A DNA stretch of 64,000 nucleotides from Deltaproteobacteria bacterium GWA2_45_12 (GTDB taxonomy: Bacteria > UBA10199): the NCBI GenBank assembly GCA_001797365.1, contig MGPH01000028.1, forward strand, positions 5,687 through 69,686, given 5' to 3'. A model generated the notes under the pieces. That model made no database searches. It worked only from the letters and a program-made list of their open reading frames with translations, and had not been told where the DNA came from. A program made the position numbers and the translations under genes. Positions 37,045 to 46,992 of this stretch are shown in pieces; position 1 is the first letter of the stretch, and every line of letters begins with the position of its first letter.

Positions 37045-37980
37045 TTACTGACGTCGCAAGTTCTGCAATCTTCGTATGTTTTCCACGATACCCTGTGGAT
37101 TGAAGTCCCCTTGGCATACTTTGTTTGCACCTCTTTGCATGGTCTTACATATTTGGCCATTTTGGCAATCATTATTGGTTTGACAAGAGAGAAAAGAATA
37201 TCCGGGAATTGAGATCACCTTCCGTCTATTGCAAATATAGTTTACTTCGTAAGGTTTGCTTTCATGATTTTGGTTTTTCCCGTATTTTAAAGTGAGGCTT
37301 AAAGTGGTTGTGCCTGACTTACCGCAGCTGGCCTGGGGCATGCGTAAAAGAGGAACTGTGACGTGTTCTTTATCAAAAGTTTTTTCGGCCTTGGTTTTTT
37401 CTTTTTTTGTTTTCTTTGTTATTTTTGCAAAATCACATTTATCAATATCTTTTGCTGACCGGACGGCATCCTCATCAATTTTGGAACAAATGTTTTCATT
37501 ACATTCATCAACGCATGCGTCATAATCTTCATCGATAGAAGCATCTTCACATGCATCCATGCACCAGCCGTCACAATTCTCCCAATCACATTTTACCAAA
37601 TCATCATCTTCGTCATTGGCACCCACCAGCATGGCCGAATCGTATTTGAGGGCTTTGGCAAACACAGTTTTTTTGGACTTTTTGAGATCTTTACCTGCTT
37701 TGACATCTTTTACTTCATCAAGACTTAAATCCACACTTTCATCTATTTCAGCTTCATCACCATCAATATGAACGGTGCATCCATCTTCTATTTTACAATC
37801 ATCAGTGGTGACAACCGTTAAGCTGTCTCCTTCACGGACTTCCTCAACCATGCCTCCATTGCCATCCATGAGGCCTAAAATTTCAGGGCCACCACCGCCG
37901 TCGCCATGATTGTCATCGCTACAGGCCCCTAAGAAAACAAACGAGGTTATAATGATAAAACTTAAAAATGATTTTTTCAT
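37045..37980 (-). CDS. Orphan Cys/Asp-rich lipoprotein
   Basis: MKKSFL...LGAC lipobox; CxxxCxxxCxxxC helix (CDWENCDGWCMDAC...CVDECNENIC); C-terminal CQTNNDCQNGQIC; AGGAG RBS. Confidence 0.7.
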   Translation of the reverse strand: MKKSFLSFIIITSFVFLGACSDDNHGDGGGGPEILGLMDGNGGMVEEVREGDSLTVVTTDDCKIEDGCTVHIDGDEAEIDESVDLSLDEVKDVKAGKDLKKSKKTVFAKALKYDSAMLVGANDEDDDLVKCDWENCDGWCMDACEDASIDEDYDACVDECNENICSKIDEDAVRSAKDIDKCDFAKITKKTKKEKTKAEKTFDKEHVTVPLLRMPQASCGKSGTTTLSLTLKYGKNQNHESKPYEVNYICNRRKVISIPGYSFLSCQTNNDCQNGQICKTMQRGANKVCQGDFNPQGIVENIRRLQNLRRQ

Positions 37981-38018
37981 AGTCTTGACTCCTTTTTTAT
38001 CCACCGAGAATTAGTATA

Positions 38019-38034
38019 AGCAAAAAGGTTGCCA
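38019..38034 (-). promoter_or_regulatory. Sigma-54 (-24/-12) promoter candidate
   Basis: Minus strand reads TGGCAA-CCTTT-TTGCT with exact GG-N10-GC spacing, about 40 nt upstream of the ATG. Confidence 0.65.
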
Positions 38035-38187
38035 AGAAAGAATTTATTTAACCAATTGAAATTATTTAATATTATTGGTTCTAACGGAATAAGTATGCGG
38101 GAAACCTTCCCTCAAAGACTTGTTTTTAAAATGAGAATGGGGAGGGGAGACCTCGTAGGATTGCATAAATGACTGGATATAATTCCG

Positions 38188-38288
38188 GGACATGGTGAGC
38201 CCCGTCGAACCATGATTCGGCCCCACGCGGGTGATGGTTCGACCACCGCGTAGCGGGGTCCCGTGTGCGGGACAAGCTCACCATGTCC
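38188..38288. repeat. Inverted doublet whose second arm contains a caccgcgtagcggg...gcggg module
   Basis: ggacatggtgagccccgtcgaaccatgattc (identical to 62119-62149) ... tggttcgac[caccgcgtagcggggtcccgtgtgcgggac]aagctcaccatgtcc. Confidence 0.85.
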
Positions 38289-38316
38289 TTTTTCTTTTCT
38301 CATACGAGGCAAGACA

Positions 38317-40230
38317 TTATTTACTTTCTTCAAACTCGGCATCGACGACATTGTCGTCTTTTTTGGGTTCTTCTTTTTTAGGCTCACCGGACCCTTCAGC
38401 ACCGGGAGCGGCTCCTTGGGCATTGGTTGTTTTGTACATGGCTTCCCCAATTTTAAAGGAGGCCTGTTGCAGTTCTTCCATGCTGCTCTTGATTTTGTCC
38501 GTATCGTTATCGCTGATGGCTTTTTTTACTTTTTCCAAAGCGTCTTCAATGGTTTTGACATCGGCGGCTGCCAGCTTGTCCTTGTGTTCTTTCAAGTTTT
38601 TTTCAACTTCAAACACAAGCCCGTCGGCACGGTTTTTGGTTTCAATTTCTTCACGTTTCTTTTTGTCGTCCGCTTCGTGTTCCTTGCCTTCCTTGACCAT
38701 CTTGTCAATTTCCTGTTCCGACAAACCGGAAGAAGCCGTGATGGTGATTTTTTGTTCCTTACCCGTGGCTTTGTCCTTTGCGGAAACATGGGCAATGCCG
38801 TTGGCATCAATATCAAAAGTGACTTCTACCTGGGGCATGCCACGAGGGGCCGGAAGAATACCATCCAAATGAAAGCGCCCAAGAGTACGATTATCGCGGG
38901 CCATTTCACGCTCCCCTTGCAACACATGAATCTCGACACTGGTTTGATTGTCTGCCGCTGTTGAAAATGTTTGTGACTTGCGTGTGGGAATGGTCGTATT
39001 CCGTTCGATGAGTTTTGTCATGACGCCTCCCAGTGTTTCAATACCCAGCGAGAGGGGGGTGACATCCAAAAGAAGCAGATCTTTCACTTCACCGGTAAGC
39101 ACACCTCCTTGAACGGCGGCCCCGGCAGCGACCACTTCATCGGGGTTAACCCCCATGTGAGGTTCCTTGCCGAAGAATTTTTTCACTTCGTCGCGAATGC
39201 GCGGCATGCGTGTTTGCCCGCCCACCATGACAATTTCAACAATATCCGAAGCTTTTTTGTTGGAATCGGCCAGACATTTTTTTACAGGTTCGAATGATTT
39301 TAAGATGAGCTCTTCGCACAGCGATTCAAGTTTGGCGCGGGTAAGCTTGATGTTTAAATGTTTAGGCCCACTGGCATCGGCAGTAAGAAAGGGCAGATTG
39401 ATTTCAGTTTCCAAGGCACTTGAAAGCTCAATTTTTGCTTTTTCAGCCGCCTCTTTCAAACGTTGAAGCACCATTTTGTCTTTGGAAACGTCCAGGCCCT
39501 GGTCCTTCTTGAATTCAGCAATAAGATAATCAATGATTTTTTGGTCGATATTATCCCCGCCCAAATGAGTGTCCCCATTGGTAGCGACCACTTCAACGAC
39601 GTTTTCCCCTACTTCAAGAATGGAAATATCAAAGGTACCGCCTCCAAAGTCATAGACAGCGATCAGTTCGTCTTTTTTCTTGTCCAACCCATAAGCAAGG
39701 GAAGCCGCGGTTGGTTCGTTGACAATGCGCAAAACATTCAGGCCGGCGATTTTTCCTGCATCTTTGGTGGCCTGGCGTTGGGCATCGTTAAAATAAGCGG
39801 GCACTGTAATGACGGCGTCATTGACCTTTTCGCCCAGATAATCTTCGGCGGCACTTTTCAGTTTTTGTAGAATTTTTGCGGAAATTTCAGGAGGAGAATA
39901 GCTTTTGCCACTAATATCGACCGAGACATCTCCATTGTCACGTTTGAGTACTTTGTAAGGAACAAGGGTAATTTCTCCGGGGACTTCCTCAAATTTTCGT
40001 CCCATAAATCGTTTGATGGAATAAACAGTATTTTCAGGATTTGTAATCGCTTGGCGTTTGGCTACCTGACCCACCAAAACTTCCCCATCTTTGGTAAAGG
40101 CCACAACAGAGGGTGTTGTACGGGCCCCTTCCTGATTGGGAATGATTTTTGGCTCACTGCCTTCCATCACTGCGACGCATGAGTTAGTGGTTCCAAGGTC
40201 AATTCCGATTACTTTTGCTTTCTTAGCCAT
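38317..40230 (-). CDS. dnaK: Chaperone DnaK
   Basis: [34 protein letters not shown]. Confidence 0.98.
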   Translation of the reverse strand: MAKKAKVIGIDLGTTNSCVAVMEGSEPKIIPNQEGARTTPSVVAFTKDGEVLVGQVAKRQAITNPENTVYSIKRFMGRKFEEVPGEITLVPYKVLKRDNGDVSVDISGKSYSPPEISAKILQKLKSAAEDYLGEKVNDAVITVPAYFNDAQRQATKDAGKIAGLNVLRIVNEPTAASLAYGLDKKKDELIAVYDFGGGTFDISILEVGENVVEVVATNGDTHLGGDNIDQKIIDYLIAEFKKDQGLDVSKDKMVLQRLKEAAEKAKIELSSALETEINLPFLTADASGPKHLNIKLTRAKLESLCEELILKSFEPVKKCLADSNKKASDIVEIVMVGGQTRMPRIRDEVKKFFGKEPHMGVNPDEVVAAGAAVQGGVLTGEVKDLLLLDVTPLSLGIETLGGVMTKLIERNTTIPTRKSQTFSTAADNQTSVEIHVLQGEREMARDNRTLGRFHLDGILPAPRGMPQVEVTFDIDANGIAHVSAKDKATGKEQKITITASSGLSEQEIDKMVKEGKEHEADDKKKREEIETKNRADGLVFEVEKNLKEHKDKLAAADVKTIEDALEKVKKAISDNDTDKIKSSMEELQQASFKIGEAMYKTTNAQGAAPGAEGSGEPKKEEPKKDDNVVDAEFEESK

Positions 40231-40422
40231 TGTTTTCTCCTGTTTGATGTTAAATTTGTGAATAATTCACAATATTTGATAAAGCTTCCATGCCCTCACA
40301 AACAAGCCCCATAGATAGGTAAAAACTTTCATCTGTCAACCCTTGGGATTAAAAAAACTTCAAGTTTTCAGGGAATTTACCTTGCATCCCGATTTTAGTC
40401 GTCCTAAGTAAGCCAACTCTTT

Positions 40423-42252
40423 ATGAAACAGATAAACGACAAAATTAGAAACATCGCCATTATTGCCCACGTTGACCATGGGAAAACGACTCTGGTGGAT
40501 CATCTTTTCCGTCAGGGAGGGCTTTATCGTGACAACCAAGCCGTTTCGGACCGTGTGATGGATAACCTTGATTTGGAACGCGAGCGGGGTATTACGATTG
40601 CCGCTAAAAATTGTTCGGTCAGTTACAATGGAATCAAGATAAATATTGTGGATACCCCGGGGCATGCTGACTTTGGAGGTGAGGTTGAACGCGCCCTGAT
40701 GATGGTCGATGGAGTCATTTTACTTGTCGATTCTGCCGAAGGTCCGCTTCCCCAAACCCGTTTTGTTCTTCAAAAAGCATTGAAGCTTAAATTAAAAACC
40801 ATGGTTGTGGTCAATAAAATTGACCGCAAGGATTCACGCCCCAAGGAAGTTTTGGATGAAATTTATCAACTCTATATTGATTTGGGTGCCACCGATGAAC
40901 AAATCGATTTTCCTTTTTTCTATGCCATTGGTCGCGACGGCATTGCCAAAAAAGCATTGGATGGAACCGAGACCGATCTGAAAGTTTTATTTGAAGCCAT
41001 TATCAATAAATTACCCCCTCCCAGTTATGACGATACAGAACCGTTTCAAATGTTGGTGTGTAATCTGGGATATTCAGACTATCTGGGGCGTTTGGCCATT
41101 GGCAAGGTTTTCCACGGCAAGGCCAAAAAGAACGACGCCCTTTTGTGTGTGGATGCAAACAATAAAATCAAACCACTTAAAGTTTCAAAACTTCAGCTTT
41201 ACCAGGGAATTCAATTTCAGGAAGTTGATAGGGTGGAAGCCGGCGACATTGTTATTTTGTCGGGTATTGATGAAGTGAAAATCGGGGACACCATTTGTAC
41301 CGTAGAGGCTCCCAAGGCATTGCCCCGTATTTTGGTGGATGAGCCCACCGTGGCCATGCGTTTTATGCCGAACACTTCACCCTTTTCCGGAAAAGAGGGC
41401 AAGTATGTCCAGTCGGCGCGTATTTGGGACCGCTTGAAAAAAGAAATTCTCTACAATGTGGCCATTCAGATTGAAATGGATGCAAACGGCGAAACCATGA
41501 TCGTCAAGGGTCGGGGCGAACTTCAATTGGCCGTGATTATTGAAACCATGCGCCGTGAAGGTTTTGAATTGTGCGTGGGGAAACCCCAGATCTTGTTCAA
41601 GGAAATCAATGGACAAAAATGCGAACCTATTGAAAATCTGGTCATCGATTGCGGCGATAGTTTTACGGGCATTGTCATTGAAAAGCTTGCTTTGCGCAAA
41701 GGGGTCATGAAAAATATGCAGCCTTTTGGGGAAGGGCGTGTGCGTCTTGAATTTTCAATCCCGTCGCGAGGGCTTATAGGCTATCGCGGCGAATTTTTAA
41801 CGGACACCAAAGGCACCGGCCTCATGAATGCTTATCTGGAAGGATATGAACCCCATCGTGGAGACATTGTTCACCGTATCAGTGGTTCGCTTATTTCAGA
41901 CAGGATGGGGGAAGCCATTCCCTATGGGCTTTTTCATTTGGAAGATCGCGGACGTTTTTTTATTACACCGGGGACGGCCGTTTATGAAGGCATGATTGTG
42001 GGTGAACATAATCGCGATAATGACCTGGAAATTAACGTCACTCGCACCAAAAAACTGACCAACATGCGTGCCGCCGGTAAGGACGAAAACGTTATTTTAA
42101 CCCCCGTTCTTCCGCCCACGCTGGAACAGGCCATCGAGTTTATCAAGGATGATGAGTGGGTTGAGGTAACTCCCCTTAATGTACGTTTGCGTAAAGCCAT
42201 TCTTAATAGTTCGGAACGAAAGATTGCTTCAAAGAAGATTGATTCATTGTAG
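40423..42252 (+). CDS. typA: Translational GTPase TypA/BipA
   Basis: [43 protein letters not shown]. Confidence 0.97.
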   Translation: MKQINDKIRNIAIIAHVDHGKTTLVDHLFRQGGLYRDNQAVSDRVMDNLDLERERGITIAAKNCSVSYNGIKINIVDTPGHADFGGEVERALMMVDGVILLVDSAEGPLPQTRFVLQKALKLKLKTMVVVNKIDRKDSRPKEVLDEIYQLYIDLGATDEQIDFPFFYAIGRDGIAKKALDGTETDLKVLFEAIINKLPPPSYDDTEPFQMLVCNLGYSDYLGRLAIGKVFHGKAKKNDALLCVDANNKIKPLKVSKLQLYQGIQFQEVDRVEAGDIVILSGIDEVKIGDTICTVEAPKALPRILVDEPTVAMRFMPNTSPFSGKEGKYVQSARIWDRLKKEILYNVAIQIEMDANGETMIVKGRGELQLAVIIETMRREGFELCVGKPQILFKEINGQKCEPIENLVIDCGDSFTGIVIEKLALRKGVMKNMQPFGEGRVRLEFSIPSRGLIGYRGEFLTDTKGTGLMNAYLEGYEPHRGDIVHRISGSLISDRMGEAIPYGLFHLEDRGRFFITPGTAVYEGMIVGEHNRDNDLEINVTRTKKLTNMRAAGKDENVILTPVLPPTLEQAIEFIKDDEWVEVTPLNVRLRKAILNSSERKIASKKIDSL

Positions 42253-42294
42253 GAGGCGTGAAGTATCCTTACGATACAAAAATCACTCAAACAA

Positions 42295-42322
42295 TTGACA
42301 AAGATTCATAGAGCATTATTCT
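42295..42322 (+). promoter_or_regulatory. Sigma-70-type promoter candidate for dnaJ
   Basis: TTGACA-16 nt-TATTCT ending 11 nt before the ATG; no Shine-Dalgarno. Confidence 0.5.
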
Positions 42323-42333
42323 AGAAAAATTTT

Positions 42334-43446
42334 ATGAAACGCGATTACTACGAAGTCTTGCAGGTAAGTAAAACGACCACCGAAGCCGACATCAAAAAGG
42401 CCTACCGTAAACTGGCTTTTCAATATCATCCCGACAAAAATTCTGGCGACAAAAAAGCTGAAGAACTTTTCAAGGAAGCCTCCGAAGCTTATGAAGTGCT
42501 TTCCGATGCGAACAAAAGGAAGCTCTACGACCAGTTTGGGCACCGTGGGCTCCAAGGAAGCGGTTTTCATGGCTTCTCGGGTGTTGATGAGGTTTTTGAT
42601 TCCTTTGGTGATATTTTTGAGGATTTTTTTGGTTTTTCAGGAGGGCGCGGTCGTTCGCGCACCCGGGCCAGGCAAGGTTCAGATTTAAGTTATGAGCTCG
42701 AAATCGATTTCATGGAAGCCTGTAAAGGGGTTAAAAAAATCATTCAAGTTCATAAAAGTATCCCTTGTCCCGAATGTGAAGGATCAGGGGCTAAAAAGGG
42801 GAGTCAGCCCCATATCTGCCCCCAATGCCAGGGGCATGGTCAGGTCCGGCATAATCAGGGCTTTTTCACTATTAGTACAACATGCCCGGCTTGTCATGGG
42901 GTTGGTCACAAAATAAAGGAATTTTGTGATGAATGCCGGGGGCAGGGGGCCGTACGTACTTCCAAAAAAATTGATGTTTCCATTCCTGCAGGTGTTGAAA
43001 ACGGGATTCGTTTGATGATTCATGGCGAGGGGGAAGCCGGCCTGCATGGGGGCCCGGCGGGGGATTTGTATGTTCATCTTTTAGTGAAAGAACATGAGAA
43101 TTTTAAAAGGGAAGGGGAACATATTGTTACAGAGCTGGCCGTGAATATGGCTTTGGCGGCTTTAGGGGGAAAAATAAAGGTTCCTACCATCGATGGAGAA
43201 GAGGAAATTTCCATTCCCGAAGGAATTCAAAATGGGGAAACCATTGTTCTTAAAGGCAGGGGTGTCCCGCATCTTCGTTCCAAACATCACGGAGACCAAA
43301 TTATTGTTGTACACGTTGAAACTCCAAGAAATTTAAGCAAGGATCAAAAAGAATTACTTCAACGCTTGGAAGAAAGTTTTGATAAAAATGCCCCTATTCA
43401 TCACAACAATAAAAGAAGTTCCAAAAAGAAGAGTTTTTTTGGATAA
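42334..43446 (+). CDS. dnaJ: Chaperone DnaJ
   Basis: HPD motif, G/F-rich linker, four CxxCxGxG repeats. Confidence 0.97.
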   Translation: MKRDYYEVLQVSKTTTEADIKKAYRKLAFQYHPDKNSGDKKAEELFKEASEAYEVLSDANKRKLYDQFGHRGLQGSGFHGFSGVDEVFDSFGDIFEDFFGFSGGRGRSRTRARQGSDLSYELEIDFMEACKGVKKIIQVHKSIPCPECEGSGAKKGSQPHICPQCQGHGQVRHNQGFFTISTTCPACHGVGHKIKEFCDECRGQGAVRTSKKIDVSIPAGVENGIRLMIHGEGEAGLHGGPAGDLYVHLLVKEHENFKREGEHIVTELAVNMALAALGGKIKVPTIDGEEEISIPEGIQNGETIVLKGRGVPHLRSKHHGDQIIVVHVETPRNLSKDQKELLQRLEESFDKNAPIHHNNKRSSKKKSFFG

Positions 43447-43470
43447 TGCAGCTCTTCAAAGGGAGGTTGC

Positions 43471-44451
43471 ATGAATTTAGATGAATTGTCGGTAGAAGTT
43501 AGGTCTTTCCATTCGCTTGTTTCCCAAGCTTTTAACGAAATCGAAAAAACCATTGTCGGCCAAAAAGATCTGGTGAGTAAACTTCTTTTGGGTTTATTGA
43601 CCGATGGGCATATTCTGGTTGAGGGGGTGCCGGGACTAGCCAAGACAACCACGGTCAAAACAATGGCCCGGGTTATTTCCGCTTCCTTTCAGCGCATTCA
43701 ATTTACTCCCGATCTATTGCCCGCCGATATTCTAGGAACCCAAATTTACAATCCAAAAACCCAGGAGTTTTATGTAAAGCGCGGCCCCTTGTTTCACAAT
43801 ATTATTCTTGCTGATGAAATCAATCGCGCCCCGGCCAAGGTGCAAAGCGCTCTTTTGGAGGCCATGCAAGAAAAACAGATCACCATTGGGGAGCAAACTT
43901 TTAAGTTGGAAGAGCCCTTTATTGTGCTGGCCACACAAAATCCCATTGAACAGGAAGGCACCTATCCCTTGCCTGAAGCCCAGGTGGACCGCTTCATGCT
44001 GAAGTTGAATGTAAGTTACCCTTCAAAAGCGGAAGAGTTTCAAATCATGGAACGTGTGGCCAATAAAATGAGTGCTGAACCCAGGGCTGTTTTAAGTACG
44101 CAAAAAATTCTGGAGATGCGCGAGGTCATTCGCAAAATTTATATCGATCCCAAGCTTAACGATTACATCATCCGCCTTGTTTTTGCCACGCGCCAACCCG
44201 AAGAGTACGGACTAAAGCTTGGCCCCTACATCCGTTATGGGGCTTCCCCGCGAGCCTCCATTAATCTGCACATGGCGGCCAAGGGTTTGGCTTTCCTTAA
44301 AGGGAGGGCTTACGTCATTCCCGAAGATGTAAAGACAATCGCCCACGATGTGATGCGCCATCGTATTTTACTCACCTTTGAGGCTGAAGCCGAAGGCCTT
44401 ACCAGTGACTCTTTATTGCAACAGATTTTGGACGGCGTTGAGGTGCCTTGA
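43471..44451 (+). CDS. MoxR-family AAA+ ATPase
   Basis: EGVPGLAKT, RIQFTPDLLPAD, ADEINRAPAKVQSALLEAM, GASPRA. Confidence 0.95.
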   Translation: MNLDELSVEVRSFHSLVSQAFNEIEKTIVGQKDLVSKLLLGLLTDGHILVEGVPGLAKTTTVKTMARVISASFQRIQFTPDLLPADILGTQIYNPKTQEFYVKRGPLFHNIILADEINRAPAKVQSALLEAMQEKQITIGEQTFKLEEPFIVLATQNPIEQEGTYPLPEAQVDRFMLKLNVSYPSKAEEFQIMERVANKMSAEPRAVLSTQKILEMREVIRKIYIDPKLNDYIIRLVFATRQPEEYGLKLGPYIRYGASPRASINLHMAAKGLAFLKGRAYVIPEDVKTIAHDVMRHRILLTFEAEAEGLTSDSLLQQILDGVEVP

Positions 44452-45329
44452 TGCTCTCACCAGAACTTCTCAAAAAAATCGAGAACATTGTGATTAAAAG
44501 CCGTTATTTGGCCAACGAAATGTTTTCGGGCGAATATAAAACGGCTTTCCGCGGCCGGGGCATGGAATTCGAAGAGGTCAGGGAATACATTCCCGGAGAT
44601 GATGTGCGCTTGATTGACTGGAATGTTTCAGCCCGCATGGATAAGCCCTTTATTAAAGTCCATCGGGAAGAAAGAGAGCAGGCTGTCATGTTGGTAGTTG
44701 ATTTATCACAAAGCCTTTATTTCGGATCAAAAAAAAGATTGAAAAGAGAAGCGGTTGCCGAATTAGCGGCTGTTCTTGCCCGTGCCGCCACCAACAGCAA
44801 TGACAAAGTGGGCCTCATTTTATTTTCCGACCGGGTTGAATATTATCTGCCCCCCCGCAAAGGAAAAAGCCATGTCTGGCAAGTAGTCAAGAGCATTCTG
44901 ACCCATAAACCCATCGGGCAAAAAACAAATCTTGAAGGCGCACTTCATTTTTTAAGCAGGGTGGTCCATCGGCGCTGTGTTTGTTTTGTTATTTCTGATT
45001 TTTTGACGGAAGGCTTTGAAAGCGTGCTTAAAGCGGTTTCGCGCAGATACGATGTTGTTAATTTCATCATGCGTGACCCTTTGGAATTAAATTGGCCCGG
45101 GAAATCATTTGTGAACCTGAAAAGTGCCGAAGAAGAGGGGGTTTCCTTGGGCCAAAACATGGGAGGCAAAAACATAAGGAAATTTAATGAGTATCAAAAA
45201 TTGAGTATCCAAAATCTTACAGCACAATTCCAGGGCATGAATATGGATGCCCTTTTTCTAAAAACAAATGAAGATTACATCGATACCCTGATACGATTTT
45301 TTCGTTTTAGAGATAAAAGGAGAAATTAA
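44448..45329 (+). CDS. DUF58 protein
   Basis: GMEFEEVREYIPGDDVRLIDWNVSAR, ISDF. Confidence 0.92.
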   Translation: MMLSPELLKKIENIVIKSRYLANEMFSGEYKTAFRGRGMEFEEVREYIPGDDVRLIDWNVSARMDKPFIKVHREEREQAVMLVVDLSQSLYFGSKKRLKREAVAELAAVLARAATNSNDKVGLILFSDRVEYYLPPRKGKSHVWQVVKSILTHKPIGQKTNLEGALHFLSRVVHRRCVCFVISDFLTEGFESVLKAVSRRYDVVNFIMRDPLELNWPGKSFVNLKSAEEEGVSLGQNMGGKNIRKFNEYQKLSIQNLTAQFQGMNMDALFLKTNEDYIDTLIRFFRFRDKRRN

Positions 45330-45348
45330 GCATACCTCGTGTACCCGT

Positions 45349-45376
45349 GTAAGGGCGGTTCACGAACCGCCCCTAC
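45349..45376 (-). repeat. GTAG-type REP
   Basis: gggcggttcacgaaccgcccctac. Confidence 0.8.
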
Positions 45377-45397
45377 ATGGGGCACTCGCCATTTATT

Positions 45398-45991
45398 ATG
45401 GAAGACATCCCCCAATCATCTGAGAGCATGAAAGATATTCTGGATATCGAGAATATTGTCCTGTTTTTATGGCCAAAAGTGCTGCTCTTTGTATTTGGAA
45501 TTCTGGCTCTGCTTCTTTCTATTTTTTTAATCATAAAGATTTTTCAATTTTTAAAAAACCGCAAAAAAAAAATCCTCTCCCTTTCACCCTTGGAACAATC
45601 TTTAAAAAGACTTTCCAAAATTGGCATTAATTTGCTGATTAACTCCCCCCAACCCCCTCTTAAGCTAAGAGGGGGCAAGGGGGAGTTATGTCACTCTGTA
45701 TATTTTGAGCTGTCTGAAATTTTACGAGAATACCTTGATCGGGCTTATTCATTTCCTGCCATGGAAAAATCAACGAGCGAAATCAAAGAATTGTTTATAA
45801 CAAACAAGCCCATCGCGCTATCAAATGAAATCATTGGTGAGCTCGTTTCATTTTTCGAAAAGGCAGACCAAATAAAATTTGCAGGCCAACCCAGTGACAA
45901 TGAAGGTATTAAGGTGGATATGGAAAAAATTAAAAATATAATCATTTGTCTGGATGGCTTATTAAAAAAAGACATTTCCAAACATTCATGA
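45398..45991 (+). CDS. Single-TM Bat-operon accessory protein; start uncertain (45377, 45398 or 45428)
   Basis: DILDI-TM-...SEILREYL...EKSTSEI...ADQIKFA; position between DUF58 and BatA. Confidence 0.75.
   Translation: MEDIPQSSESMKDILDIENIVLFLWPKVLLFVFGILALLLSIFLIIKIFQFLKNRKKKILSLSPLEQSLKRLSKIGINLLINSPQPPLKLRGGKGELCHSVYFELSEILREYLDRAYSFPAMEKSTSEIKELFITNKPIALSNEIIGELVSFFEKADQIKFAGQPSDNEGIKVDMEKIKNIIICLDGLLKKDISKHS
45640..45688. repeat. In-frame CCCCCTCTT...AAGAGGGGG hairpin
   Basis: taactccccc-caa-ccccctctta-agc-taagaggggg-caa-gggggagtta; intergenic relative at 54717-54754. Confidence 0.8.
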
Positions 45992-46992
45992 CCACATCTT
46001 TTTTTCAATTTGGCAGTCCCTATTTTTTATTCCTTCTTCTTTTATTGCCCCTTGTGTGGTGGTGGCAGGGTAAAAAAAAAGGTGTTTCCATTCGTTATTC
46101 CTCATTGAAACTTTTTTCTCCTATTACAGGCAAAGATTCGATTCGATTTCATTTTCCACGTTTTTTTTTCATGGTCGGGTTAGCCCTTTTGATTATTGCT
46201 TTGTCGCGACCCCAAGCCGGGTTTAAATCGACGGAAATAACAGCCGAAGGTATTGATATCATGCTCACCCTGGACACTTCCGGAAGCATGAAGGCCCTCG
46301 ATTTTGAAATAGAGGGCCAAAGAACAAACCGGATGGAGGTGATTAAGAAAGTCGTTGATGATTTCATTGCCCACCGAGTCAGCGATCGCATCGGGCTTGT
46401 CATTTTTGGGGATACTGCTTTTACACAATGCCCACTCACCCTTGATTATGACATCCTCCGTTCTTTTCTAAAATTTGTGCGTATAGGAATGGCAGGCGAG
46501 TCAACGGCCATTGGCAATGCCCTGGCCACAAGTGTTAAACGTTTAAAAGACAAACCGACAAAATCAAAAATCATTATTCTTCTTACTGATGGAAGCAGTA
46601 ATGCCGGAGAAGTGGCTCCCATCACAGCGGCCCAGATTGCCAAAGATTATGGAATCAAGGTTTACACAATTGGGGTGGGAAGTAATCTTGAAGTTCCCTT
46701 TCCCCAGGAAACGCCTTTTGGCACACGAATTATCCGTGCGCGCCTGGATATGGATGAGGCCAGCCTTAAAGAAATAGCAAACATTACCGGAGGGCGTTAT
46801 TTTAAGGCGACCGACACGTCCGAACTTCAAAAAATTTATGCCACAATCGACCAGTTGGAAAAGACGGAAGTAAATATGAAACAATTCAAAGAGGTCAACG
46901 AACTCTATTTCTGGTTTGTGGGCGCTGCTTTGTTATTGATGATGAGTGGTTTGCTTTTGGAAAACACCTTATTGATGAGGTTGCCCCTATGA
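45988..46992 (+). CDS. BatA-like VWA domain protein
   Basis: ALSRPQ, DTSGSM MIDAS, DRIGLVIF, TAIG, LLTDG. Confidence 0.9.
   Translation: MTTSFFQFGSPYFLFLLLLLPLVWWWQGKKKGVSIRYSSLKLFSPITGKDSIRFHFPRFFFMVGLALLIIALSRPQAGFKSTEITAEGIDIMLTLDTSGSMKALDFEIEGQRTNRMEVIKKVVDDFIAHRVSDRIGLVIFGDTAFTQCPLTLDYDILRSFLKFVRIGMAGESTAIGNALATSVKRLKDKPTKSKIIILLTDGSSNAGEVAPITAAQIAKDYGIKVYTIGVGSNLEVPFPQETPFGTRIIRARLDMDEASLKEIANITGGRYFKATDTSELQKIYATIDQLEKTEVNMKQFKEVNELYFWFVGAALLLMMSGLLLENTLLMRLPL

Noticed and set aside
38231..38964. Plus-strand ORFs of 213 and 233 aa
   Set aside because: Antisense shadows of dnaK
40231..40422. CIRCE, canonical Rex or CRP site upstream of dnaK
   Set aside because: No TTAGCACTC-N9-GAGTGCTAA is present, and the palindrome found has a spacer one base too short for Rex or CRP
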